Source: a virus
Taxonomy: Duplodnaviria; Caudoviricetes
Length of the DNA stretch: 64,000 nt
IMG/VR virus record: IMGVR_UViG_3300014205_000181
Coordinates: 80,549-144,548 of that record
Direction: 5' to 3' (one strand)
Below are positions 10,634-21,144 of this stretch, one piece after another (position 1 is the first letter of the stretch; every line of letters begins with the position of its first letter). The notes beneath the pieces are model-generated. The model saw only the letters and a program-made list of their open reading frames with translations. It did no database searches and had not been told where the DNA came from. Made by a program: the position numbers and the translations under genes.

Positions 10634-11728
10634 TTAACTCTTCAAAGTACGCTTACGCCGAACAGGAGTTGGTTCAGGTTCTGGTTCCTGTACAGGAGGC
10701 TCGTTAGCAATCTTACACTCCATATTGATTGCGCACTTATCGCATTCCTCATAATTGTCAAAATCAATTCCAAATTCTGCTTCAATAGGGCACTTCATTT
10801 CTCCGGTTTCTGTATTTACGCCGTTATCAGCATAGAGTGGAATATCATCACCCATTGAAGATTCCTGCTTCGCTTCTTGGACAGGAGGTTTAAGTTCTCT
10901 GCGATTAACAACAGGCTTATCGTCATCGGCACTACCACCAGTATTTTCCGTCTTACCCTTGGCAATGCTCATGATCTGTACGATCTTATCATAATCATGA
11001 AGAACGAGAAGATTGTCAAGAGCGTGAGCTGCTTCAATTTCTTCATCAGTAATAATGTACTTCCGATCCTCAAAAACAGGAGGGGTTACTTCCCAATTGT
11101 CCCCAACCTTCTTTAGATTCATCCATACAGTCTTACCTTCATCTGGATCAGGGTACGGAATAAGACCACCACCACGGGGGCGCTTTGCTACTTCCTGCAT
11201 CTTCTTCTCAAAGAAGAAGTGAGAATTTTCAAGAATCTGAATACCCTTCTTTTCTTCCTTTTCATCATTGCGGATGATTACATTATAAAGAACCCGGCGA
11301 GAAGGCCAAAGTTCAGCGTGATCTTTCTTGAAATCTTGGAATTCCTTCTTCTCCATTTGCCCTTGCTTGTACATCAGTTCAACACGCTTCTCACAAATCG
11401 GACAAGGGAGGTCATAGTTCTTCAACGGGCACACTACGGGCTTGTTAGAAGCACCTACATTACGGTGAATCCAAACATCAAGAATATAAGTCAAGTCTCC
11501 TTCATTGATATTATAATCCTTAGTAGGGTAATTTGAGCCAGCCATAAATGGGATAATATCAAACCCTAATTCTAGCCCTGCTTCAGTTGGCTTAACCATA
11601 TATGAGAAAACCCCTTCAGGTACGTTGAAATAAGATTCATAATCGTTTACGCCACGATCCTTCGCCTTGTTCTGTTCCTCAATTCGCTTCTTGAGTTGTC
11701 CTTGCATCTGTTTCCGATCAATTGCCAT
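10634..11728 (-). CDS. single-stranded DNA-binding protein (gp32-like)
   Basis: WIH...VCP..Y..PCPICE, R.LYNVI, DPDEG, acidic C-terminal region; located in the replication cluster. Confidence 0.75.
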   Translation of the reverse strand: MAIDRKQMQGQLKKRIEEQNKAKDRGVNDYESYFNVPEGVFSYMVKPTEAGLELGFDIIPFMAGSNYPTKDYNINEGDLTYILDVWIHRNVGASNKPVVCPLKNYDLPCPICEKRVELMYKQGQMEKKEFQDFKKDHAELWPSRRVLYNVIIRNDEKEEKKGIQILENSHFFFEKKMQEVAKRPRGGGLIPYPDPDEGKTVWMNLKKVGDNWEVTPPVFEDRKYIITDEEIEAAHALDNLLVLHDYDKIVQIMSIAKGKTENTGGSADDDKPVVNRRELKPPVQEAKQESSMGDDIPLYADNGVNTETGEMKCPIEAEFGIDFDNYEECDKCAINMECKIANEPPVQEPEPEPTPVRRKRTLKS

Positions 11729-12052
11729 TGTTCTTAATTCTCCCTTTTAATTATGATAAAAAATTTTATGTAATTTCCACTTCATTCAGATTACCGGATG
11801 TTTTCAAAAACAAACATTTGTCGCGCACATTATTTGTTTTCCTCTCCAATCGTCATATACCCTGTAATTGCACCAATCATAGGGACTAGACTAACCGTTC
11901 TAATTACCTCTGTTTTATACGGTGACTCAAAATCACAATCAATGAGTTTAGAGATATTTTGGCACCATCCAATAAAACCAATAACGATAATTGCGATAAT
12001 GAGAATAATCCCACCAATACTGAATTTCTCTTCGAATGATAGTCCCATGATT

Positions 12053-12235
12053 TTAATCCTTCTTTACAGATTCAGCACGCCAATCCTTCATTAGCTTCGC
12101 AATTGCTGAACTTGCCTTCCGGCTACGCATACCAGCAGCAGCGTTTCCTTTCTCTACACGCTTCTGCGCTTGCTCGTTAAACTCCTGCATCATTTCGTTG
12201 ATCTGTTCCAGTAGTGCCTTAAGATTACTTTCCAT
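12053..12235 (-). CDS. histone H1-like Hc1-family protein
   Basis: EKGNAAAGMRSRKAS..IAKLMKDWRAESV. Confidence 0.75.
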   Translation of the reverse strand: MESNLKALLEQINEMMQEFNEQAQKRVEKGNAAAGMRSRKASSAIAKLMKDWRAESVKKD

Positions 12236-12480
12236 TTTGTTGCTCCTTTTCTTTTGTTGTTTTTAAGTTCTTTATTGAACTTTCTTTAAAATCTTGTAAT
12301 GCTAAATAATAACTTAGTTTTTGCTGATAATAATTAAAATATTTAACATTATAGAATGTTCCAATTACCTCCTTATAGATTTTTGGTATAATATGAAGAA
12401 TAACGATCCCCAAAATTATACCCGCCAATACCCATATCCAAGGGTTTGAAATTAGGAATTTATTGATTAGTTCTTGCATA

Positions 12481-12732
12481 TTAAAAAGGACAAGTATTAT
12501 AAATTTCGTCTAGTTTTGAATCTGCCCAATGGAACAAATCTTCTGTAATATCTTTACTGCTGTCCCACTTCTTGGTATCTACTCCATCATGACTTTCCGC
12601 AGCATCTTCCATAGCTACCCAAGAACACCCTACGGCACCATAAAACATTTCTAATTCTTGTACTGTTTCAAATACGATGCTTAATTCAATTGGCTTAAAT
12701 CCTTCTTGCGCTTCTTTAGAATTAATTTTCAC
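12481..12732 (-). CDS. hypothetical protein, paralog of 13244..13483
   Basis: Shared F.PI.L.I.FET..ELE.FYG and F.WA..KL. Confidence 0.6.
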   Translation of the reverse strand: MKINSKEAQEGFKPIELSIVFETVQELEMFYGAVGCSWVAMEDAAESHDGVDTKKWDSSKDITEDLFHWADSKLDEIYNTCPF

Positions 12733-13244
12733 TTTTCTCTCCTTTTAAGTGTTCTGTTTGGTTGTTTTGTTGGACTTGTTGTTTCTTGTTTAATCGGTTG
12801 CTCGTTTGAACCTCCAGCACGGTCAGTGGAAAAATATTGTGCGCTCCACATTTTGAACAATAAGTCGATCTGTTTTGACTTGTCCAAAAGAGAATAGTGA
12901 AAATTTTGGAACAAGTCAGCATTCGTTTTAGCATCTGCATATTCTAATCGTTTATGGACTAATTGTTCAAACATTTCAATATATTCTGGATTATTGTAAG
13001 CTGTTGCATCAGCAGCTTTGTCAGTAACCTTTTCTTGCTCTTGTTTTGCTTTCACAAACAACTGGAGTCGTAAAACTTTGAGGGAGTCTTCGATATTCTT
13101 TATCTGTGCTTCTAGCTTATTGGATGCCTTATTATATTCATGCCACTCATGATCATATAGTGTAATTGTATGGGAAATATTCTGTGATTCAATGTGAAGA
13201 TTATAAAGGTCGATTTTTGAATCCACTTCCGGTTTTAGTTCCAT
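12729..13244 (-). CDS. possible UvsY-like recombination mediator
   Basis: Helical protein with KVTD.A......PEY; lies between ligase and SSB. Confidence 0.4.
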   Translation of the reverse strand: MELKPEVDSKIDLYNLHIESQNISHTITLYDHEWHEYNKASNKLEAQIKNIEDSLKVLRLQLFVKAKQEQEKVTDKAADATAYNNPEYIEMFEQLVHKRLEYADAKTNADLFQNFHYSLLDKSKQIDLLFKMWSAQYFSTDRAGGSNEQPIKQETTSPTKQPNRTLKRREK

Positions 13245-13483
13245 TATTTTAGCCCTTCCAACTTATTATTCGCCCACCAAAACATCTGCATTTGGAACAC
13301 TTCTAGCCGATTATCATCCCACTTATTAACTTGACATTTACATATTGACCATTCTTTAATGGTAGCAATTGATGCGTTTGTCATTCCATAAAAATATTCC
13401 AATTCTTCTCTTGTTTCAAACGTAATGTTAAGTGTAATTGGCTCAAACTGTTTAGTATCTACTTTCGTTTCTGAAATTTTCAT
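13244..13483 (-). CDS. hypothetical protein, paralog of 12481..12732
   Basis: Same shared motifs as its paralog. Confidence 0.6.
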   Translation of the reverse strand: MKISETKVDTKQFEPITLNITFETREELEYFYGMTNASIATIKEWSICKCQVNKWDDNRLEVFQMQMFWWANNKLEGLK

Positions 13484-14790
13484 ACCAACTCCTCCAATGA
13501 GTTTGCGGTTGATTTATCAAGTCTAACTGTTTTATAAATAGGCAAAAACAAACTTTTAATATTACTATTCTCTTTCTCAATTATTTCATTATACTTCACC
13601 TCAACCACTTTGTCAATGAAGTATTCTTTAGGCTTTAACCTATCCTTATCTGTCAACCCTGATCCACAACCACATTCCAATTTACCACACGATGTTTGTA
13701 GAATTAAACTTCCTATCATATCCGGGTTTTTGGAATGTGGCTCAACCCCTACACACAGCAGGTCAGCAGATTTCTCAGCTTTGAGTTTAATGTGATTCTT
13801 TAATCGCTTGTTATCCCAAATAGAACTCTTTTCTTTAACAATACAACCTTCTAGTCCCTCTGATAAATATTCTTGAAAAATTACTTCTGCTTCATTCCAA
13901 GAATTAATTACTTGGGTATTAATCAATTCTATTTTGCAGAATTTTAATGGATGATCCCAAATAGAATTAATCAATCCTATCCTATCTTCCAGCTCAGATA
14001 GTCTATAGTTGTATGGAGCGGTACATTTCTCATTCCAAAAATCATCTAGTGGAATCATATCCCACAATACAATGTGGATAAGTTCAGCTTCCTCTAAAGC
14101 AATCGTCCCTTTTATCGATTTGTTAATAAGGCCATTACTCTCTTTCCTCGGTAAAAGCTCTCCATCTCTATAACAAATAGCTTCTCCATCAAACATGAAA
14201 TTACCAACACCCGCCATGCTAATAAATTCTTTTTCTAGACACCCTTTTAAGTCAATTAATTTCCCGTTCCTTGATCTAAAAGAAACATTCCCATTTTCTA
14301 CAATGACACAAACTCTTAACCCATCCATTTTGGTTTGGATAAATGCCGGAAATGAGATATTTTTTCTAGTCTTTTCATTATTCCTTTCGCACAATGCGAC
14401 TGGGAATACTTTAATTAAGTTCGGCCAGATTTTATTAACTGTCTTGTAATCAACCCCACAATCTGGATCTTTTCGGATGATTCGCTCGATAAGATTAGCG
14501 TTTTCTGGAATTATGCAAGATAAAATTCGGCATAGATAATTAATACCCATATCTCCAGTATATTCCCTACTAGACAAACTATAAAGAGAATTCATTCCCC
14601 ATGACAAAGATAAATTATCTTCATTAAAATACTTAGGGATTTTCTTAATATAAAATATTTCCTCTGGCGAAAGAGCTAAGTAAAAGAATACACGTAGTTC
14701 TTCATTATCTTTATGTTCTCTAAGTATTTCTAATTTAGCATTAGTAGAAGATGTCTGTTCTAGTAATTTAATAATATCGTATACTTGCAT
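13480..14790 (-). CDS. ATP-dependent DNA ligase (T4 gp30-like)
   Basis: KMDGLR, FDGE, EGCIVK, K.K, GSG, SLFLP motifs. Confidence 0.95.
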   Translation of the reverse strand: MQVYDIIKLLEQTSSTNAKLEILREHKDNEELRVFFYLALSPEEIFYIKKIPKYFNEDNLSLSWGMNSLYSLSSREYTGDMGINYLCRILSCIIPENANLIERIIRKDPDCGVDYKTVNKIWPNLIKVFPVALCERNNEKTRKNISFPAFIQTKMDGLRVCVIVENGNVSFRSRNGKLIDLKGCLEKEFISMAGVGNFMFDGEAICYRDGELLPRKESNGLINKSIKGTIALEEAELIHIVLWDMIPLDDFWNEKCTAPYNYRLSELEDRIGLINSIWDHPLKFCKIELINTQVINSWNEAEVIFQEYLSEGLEGCIVKEKSSIWDNKRLKNHIKLKAEKSADLLCVGVEPHSKNPDMIGSLILQTSCGKLECGCGSGLTDKDRLKPKEYFIDKVVEVKYNEIIEKENSNIKSLFLPIYKTVRLDKSTANSLEELV

Positions 14791-16801
14791 TTTGCCGATC
14801 CTGTTGCCGATGTTTATTGAGTGATTCTATATACTTATTTTGTAAAGTAATGATATTTTTGCCGATTAATCAACAATCTCAATTCCGGGACAATATTTAC
14901 CCTTAAATGATTTGAACTTAGTTTTAAAGAATCCGTCTTTATTTTCTTTGGGGTTATTCTTGTCAAATACCTTTCTCTTTAAAGAAATGGCAGCATGGCA
15001 CAAACCCATAATAGCGAGTACAAAAATAAAAACAGATAAGTGAAGATAAAAATCAACGAAGAGGTTTATGATGAAATTTACGATGAAACCGGTTCCAATA
15101 ATTGGGAGGGCGATTTCCCAGAAATAATCACAAAAGTTTCTGGGAACTTTGTAGTTAAAGAAATTATAAATCTTCCAATGCCAACTACGCTTACTAACTT
15201 TAAAACAATCCATTTGCTTCTCCTTAAAATTGATCTTTAAATTCAACGAACTCATTTAACGTATTCAATTCAAATCTAGTATTTATTTCATCTAATATAA
15301 AGTAAACATATTTTGACTTACTATCCCCTGTCTTTATAAGATTCCTTATAATAGAAATTATATCCTCTTTCTTAATTGACGTTTGTGGCTTCTTCCTTGT
15401 TCTTTGTTTCTTTTTAGGATGATTACTGCATAAATTCCTGTACCATTCAGGATTGCGGTTTTGGGCAACTCTTATCATTCCACCATCCATTGCGGTATTA
15501 TGATCCTTACTTGGGATTAAAACAACATCTAAATAATTCTCACTGAATTCATCTATCATTTCTTGTAGGATATGTGGAATAATCATTTACTTACTTATCA
15601 TAATAATCAGATGGTTTCTCTGGCCTGCCTATGCAAAAATTACAATCTGGATCGCCACATTCAATCTCAACCCATATATCACAAATTCGACAATATTTTG
15701 CATCATGTTCTTTACTATAGGATAATTCATGTTCACAATAATGGCAATAGCCGTAATCAGTTTCCATTTAATCTTCACAATGGTCATATTGTTGTTTGTA
15801 ATCAAATCTTTCTTCTATATCTAAAGGTCTTTCGGTATATTTCCTTTCTCGATATCTATCTGTGCTTCCACAAACTGGGCATTCTATAATGTATGTCATG
15901 TACCAATATTTATTAATCATTTGCATACCTCATAATATCCTCTTTCTTCTGGGAATAATCCGTTCTCGTCTAAGTCTCTTGAACAATCAGCACAGGCATA
16001 TTTACCACATCCTAAATACCTAGCTGGTAGTGGTGCTTGTATTTTAGTATCGAAAATGGTACGGCATATTTGTCTTGCACAACATGAACAATATACTTTC
16101 ATTTTAATCCACGCAATGGTCATCTTTTCGTATCTGGTCGCAATATAGGCAAGGGTGTTCGTCATCTCTATTACTATTATTTTTACACATATTACACGGT
16201 GAACAAAAGTCAGATTCTTCAATAAATCCTTGCTCAAAATAGACTTTTGTTTCAGCGTCTTCAAATCTCATCATAATTCCCTCCTATACCACACAAGTAC
16301 TCATAAACCCCATTAAACTTAAATACCCTATGAACCTATCTCTGTGGTATTCGTTTGAGTAAGTTAATATCATATCGGAATAACCAATATCGTCTGCCAT
16401 ATGGTGAAGACAAAGTGCTTTATTAAACTCTTCCCTATCTTTAAAGGATATGGGATATGTTTTAAAAAGGTCTGGTGGGTTTTGCATGGTTATTTCCAGT
16501 ATTTAAAATATTTGCAATTATTACCCTTTCTCGGCAGTTCAAGACATTTACACATAAGAGACTTGATTTTAAACTCCCTACAGTTTGGACATTCTTGTTT
16601 TAAAACTATCCATTTCCCGTCCTTAAAATCTAATCCACCATTATAAATTGCCTCAAGAACAAATTCATCTAGTTTATATCCGCAACATTCAGAAGACAAA
16701 GAGCCTTCGACCCCTCCGCAAACATCACATACTCCAAGACCTCCACCACAATATACACACGGTCCTTCTCCACAATCACATTTATGCCATGTATGTTCCA
16801 T

Positions 16802-19800
16802 TTAAATGAATCCTCCCGTTCTTTCTAAAACATCCACGAATTTTTTAATCCCATCCTTGAATGGTTTCTTAAAGTCTTCCGATTTCCACGATACCCAGCC
16901 AGGAGGGATCACGTATACAACCCAACAACTATTTTCTTCATTCCATTCACAAGTACCATTTTTACGGATTATACCCTTGTTCTCCTCACCAAAATATCCT
17001 AGCCCTGTGTTCCCAATACTAAGCACGAATCTGATATTTTCAAGTTCTTTCTTAAGATATCTTGAACCACATTCTTTGATCACTTTTATATCAGGCTTCT
17101 TACATGGACACTTAACAAATGACGTTCTGTGAAAGAATTCTTTTTCAAAACCGTACTTATTTAGCTCATTCCATAGGATATCGCCATCTCTGGATTCTAA
17201 GTATTTATTACTTTTAACTTCATCATAATTAGGAGCCTCGGTTATGATTGCTACGTTATACTGTCCCGCGCTCTGTTGTATTGGATGCTCATTGCTTTTA
17301 CACTTTACTCTTTGTGAGCAAGAAATGCAAGCTATTAATTCTGGATGGTTAATTATTTTTTCGTCTTCTTTTAATTCTCTTCCGTAGTGATGTCCAATGA
17401 GATCAGCAGATAAGTAATTGTTTATATCTATTACTTCTTTATCACCTATTAGCGCATACAGGTTCTTGTATTTGTATTTATAGTTTAGAGTTATTCCCAA
17501 ATCAAGGAAATAACTGTCTATTGTTTCTGGCAATTCGTCTTGTTCTGAACCAAAAGCTCCAATTTCCTGGAGAATTTTCAAAAGTTTATCTTTTAAGACG
17601 GGTTTTTCTTTCTTAAAAAATCCAGGTACTTGAGAATCTTGGTATTGTTTAATTGTTTCTAAGATTTTCGGGCCGAGTCCTTTACATTCTGAGAAAGGTA
17701 TTTCCAACCTTCCCTTTCTAGCTACCCAGTTATAAACATGACTGGTCTCTAGTTTTGGGGTCTGGATTTTTAAACCAAGGCGTTGTGCTTCGGTAATTAA
17801 ATCATGTTTTTCAGCGTCACCACCATATGTCAATGATGCACAAATAAAACAATCACTATAGTATAACTTTAGCCAAATAGTCCAATAAGCAATAATGCTG
17901 TAACAGATAGAATGTGATAGGTTAAACGAATAGTCCGCATGGTGTCCTAAATCATCCCAGAATCTTTCCGCCTCTTCTTCGCTAAATGTTTTTTGTTCTA
18001 AACATCCAGAAATAAATTTATCCTTAAATTTCTCTAGTAGTGTTACATCTTTCTTCTTGGCTACAATCCTTCTTACTTCATCTGCTTCCGCTAGAGAAAA
18101 GCCAGCTATTTTATGAATCGTTTGAATTACTTGTTCTTGATAAAATATAACCCCGAATGTCTTTTGACATATTTCTTCATAAATTGGATGTTTTGGCTCC
18201 CACTTTTCCCCATTCTTTCTAGCGATATATGTATCTGTTGCCCCTGAATCTTGCGCTCCCGGCCTTACTCCGGCCACGACATCAGATAATTGAAAGATAT
18301 CTTTTGGTTTCATCCTCTTCAAAAGCTGCTTAAGAGAGAATGTGTTAATCTGAAATCCACCTACCGTATTGGCATTAGAAATTTCTTCATATACTTTTTT
18401 ATCATCAAGCGGAATTTTCTCAAGGATGATATCTTTGCCATGATTTTGCTTAATTAAATCGATTGTCATAGCAAGAATACTCATTGCGTTAAGCCCCAAA
18501 ATATCTAGCTTGACAAGCCCTTGTGCCTCACAATCGTTACCATCAAGACATGCTACTAACTGTCCATTACGTTCTGCTAGAGCCGTCCTAGTACCAAGAC
18601 GTAGGTCTACGGGGCTAATTAGAGAAGCTGCTGCGTGACGGCCATAACTTTTGCATAAACCGGCCAACCTAGCAATGTGAATAGATGCCTCTGGGTACTT
18701 AGCTTTAAACTCTACCCCTTCTGCTGATTGAAAAGCAATTTCAATATTATCGGTTACAGATTTAGAAAATACATCTGCTTCTTTTAATGGAATTTCAAAT
18801 GTCCTGCAAACATCTCTAATCGCACCTTTCGCCTCTATCTTCAAGTATGTAGAAATTCCACAAACATGGCCTTCCCCGTAAACATTTTTTAAATAATTTA
18901 CTACTTGATCTCTTTTGTGGTGTTCGAAATCCAGATCGCAATCGGGCATGGCTCCTCGTCTTCCGGGGTTTAAAAACCGTTCGAACAAAAGTCCGAATAC
19001 GATTGGGTCTACTTTAGTTATCCCCAACAGATAACTTATCAAGCAACCCGCTGCACTGCCACGGCCTGGGCCAGTTAAGATACCGGAATCATTACAAAAA
19101 TTGACCAAATCATAAATTATTAAAAAGTATTTTATTACTCCAAAATCTTTAATAACAGATAATTCATACTCAAATCTTTCTCTATACTCTTCAGTTACTA
19201 CGTCTAGTTTATTTTTAAACCCTTCTTCGCATAGATCTCTTAATACCGTTTCTTCATCCATTCCCTTAAATTGTGGAGGTGTTGGAAGAATAATTTCTTT
19301 CTTATCTATCCTAAAACTTCCACATTTTTCTGCAATTTCTAATGTGTTATTAAATGCTTGTTTAATTTCTTCTGGATACAAAACCCCCTGATTGACAAAT
19401 TGTTCATATAACTCTTCTGGAGTAGATAAAAAGAAATCAGAACCAGAAAATTTCCAGCGTGTTAAATCGCTCTTTAACTTTTTCGTCTGCATAGCCAGAA
19501 GAGTATCGTGAATGTCAGAATCTTCTTTATTTATGTAATGAGCATCGCTAGATACGATAGTTTTAATTCCATATTTTTCTGAAAGATCCAAACATAAATT
19601 ATTTGTAAGTATCTGTTTCTCATCTGAAAATGGCATCAACTCTAAGTATAAATCGTCACCTATTTTTTTATATAATTTTTCTAAAAATGGAATGGAATCT
19701 TGTTGGTGTAGCCAAGACGCTGAACATGCCGTGCTAATACAAAGGCCCGCACAATTATCCAGCAACATATCAAAACCTATCCTACCCATATAATAGAAAT

Positions 19801-20137
19801 AATCCAGATTTGAAGAAGTTAATAACCTTAAACAATTCTCAAATCCTTCCTGCGATTTTACCCATACAGTACAGTGTGAGCGGAATTCTCCTTTTTCTTT
19901 TATTTCTGGATTGGGAACGATATAGAATTCTACCCCTTGAATGGGGATGATTCCAAATTTATCGCAAGCGGCTTGATGTTTGATAGCCCCATCCATGTTA
20001 TGATGGTTGGTCAAAGCTAGGTGAGTGAAGCCAATTTCCTTTGATCTCTCGGCCCACTGCTCAGATGAAAACATGCCATCGAGCGGTGATAATTCGTTGT
20101 GAATATGGAGGGGGGTATATTTTAAATTGTTAATCAT
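16802..20137 (-). CDS. dnaE: DNA polymerase III alpha (DnaE) with C-terminal UDG family-4-like domain
   Basis: PHP HIH..S.LDG, GPGRGSAAG, FERFLNP.R..MPDCDLD, KLDILGL, YSFN.SH; C-terminal CISC...EAP...VKC...C. Confidence 0.95.
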   Translation of the reverse strand: MINNLKYTPLHIHNELSPLDGMFSSEQWAERSKEIGFTHLALTNHHNMDGAIKHQAACDKFGIIPIQGVEFYIVPNPEIKEKGEFRSHCTVWVKSQEGFENCLRLLTSSNLDYFYYMGRIGFDMLLDNCAGLCISTACSASWLHQQDSIPFLEKLYKKIGDDLYLELMPFSDEKQILTNNLCLDLSEKYGIKTIVSSDAHYINKEDSDIHDTLLAMQTKKLKSDLTRWKFSGSDFFLSTPEELYEQFVNQGVLYPEEIKQAFNNTLEIAEKCGSFRIDKKEIILPTPPQFKGMDEETVLRDLCEEGFKNKLDVVTEEYRERFEYELSVIKDFGVIKYFLIIYDLVNFCNDSGILTGPGRGSAAGCLISYLLGITKVDPIVFGLLFERFLNPGRRGAMPDCDLDFEHHKRDQVVNYLKNVYGEGHVCGISTYLKIEAKGAIRDVCRTFEIPLKEADVFSKSVTDNIEIAFQSAEGVEFKAKYPEASIHIARLAGLCKSYGRHAAASLISPVDLRLGTRTALAERNGQLVACLDGNDCEAQGLVKLDILGLNAMSILAMTIDLIKQNHGKDIILEKIPLDDKKVYEEISNANTVGGFQINTFSLKQLLKRMKPKDIFQLSDVVAGVRPGAQDSGATDTYIARKNGEKWEPKHPIYEEICQKTFGVIFYQEQVIQTIHKIAGFSLAEADEVRRIVAKKKDVTLLEKFKDKFISGCLEQKTFSEEEAERFWDDLGHHADYSFNLSHSICYSIIAYWTIWLKLYYSDCFICASLTYGGDAEKHDLITEAQRLGLKIQTPKLETSHVYNWVARKGRLEIPFSECKGLGPKILETIKQYQDSQVPGFFKKEKPVLKDKLLKILQEIGAFGSEQDELPETIDSYFLDLGITLNYKYKYKNLYALIGDKEVIDINNYLSADLIGHHYGRELKEDEKIINHPELIACISCSQRVKCKSNEHPIQQSAGQYNVAIITEAPNYDEVKSNKYLESRDGDILWNELNKYGFEKEFFHRTSFVKCPCKKPDIKVIKECGSRYLKKELENIRFVLSIGNTGLGYFGEENKGIIRKNGTCEWNEENSCWVVYVIPPGWVSWKSEDFKKPFKDGIKKFVDVLERTGGFI

Positions 20138-21144
20138 TAGTAACCTTTTAATTTAAACAATACAGTACGACCATACAGCCGTTTTCACTCTCTACCATTG
20201 TACCATACGCTATTACAAGTAATCGCGTAATCTAGTGCTTATACAACATCAAATACGGGGTGTCTCGCATAATGGTTGAAGATGTTAATTATTCAATACT
20301 TCATCCCAATTCTCAATCATACTCCATACTTCTTCATACATAGGCCAACTGTCTTCCACTACCACACATTTCAAATCATTCTTGCCGTCTTGGAATCTTT
20401 TGACTTCAATCTTTTTACACAACGAATCAAGAACACCTAATTCTTGATTCGTTAAATACTTACTAATATCCTTATTGCCAAGCACAGTATATCTAGTTTC
20501 TCTATTAAAATTTGCCATCTTCAACCCTCATTAGAGTAATTGCACTAAAATTATTTAATCTCTCAATACTCAAAATCAACCACAAATTCATGCCCACATT
20601 TAGGGCACCAAACTCCTACATCCCTTGTCTCGCCAGTACATGATTCTTGAGCAGCAAAATCTCTGCCGCTCAAGAAATCGTCACCATCAAGCAAATCAAC
20701 ACACTCTCCGCAAGATTGGCAATCGCAATCAAGAGAAATGCTCCATATGGCTTCTATTTTATCTGACATGATTAACTCTCAACAAATATTGAAATGATTT
20801 TCTTTAAATACTTCAATAACCTTTAATCCATTAAATTATTGAACTCTTCCGTATACCCACATTCAACACACCGATAAACATAGGTACTAGGGTTGCATTA
20901 ATTGGAACCTTAATATGACGAGAATGATTTTGCTTCTTCTTTGGAAAAGTTGACTTACTCATTGCTTTCTCCTAAATAAATTAGCTTAAGTTGATAAGAT
21001 AATTCTAAATGATTTAAAAATTCCTTTTCTAATTCTTCATCATCCCACTTGTTATCAATAGTATTACAATCCCTTAGTGAGATAGCATATTCATGAATTA
21101 GGTTTGATGCGGCGTCGATTATTTCTTTATCTATCTTTGTCATT

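Noticed and set aside
14843-14868. Plus-strand TAAA-N14-GCCGATTA
   Set aside because: Short spacer, imperfect -10, no GGTA extension, and it points antisense with no gene to drive.
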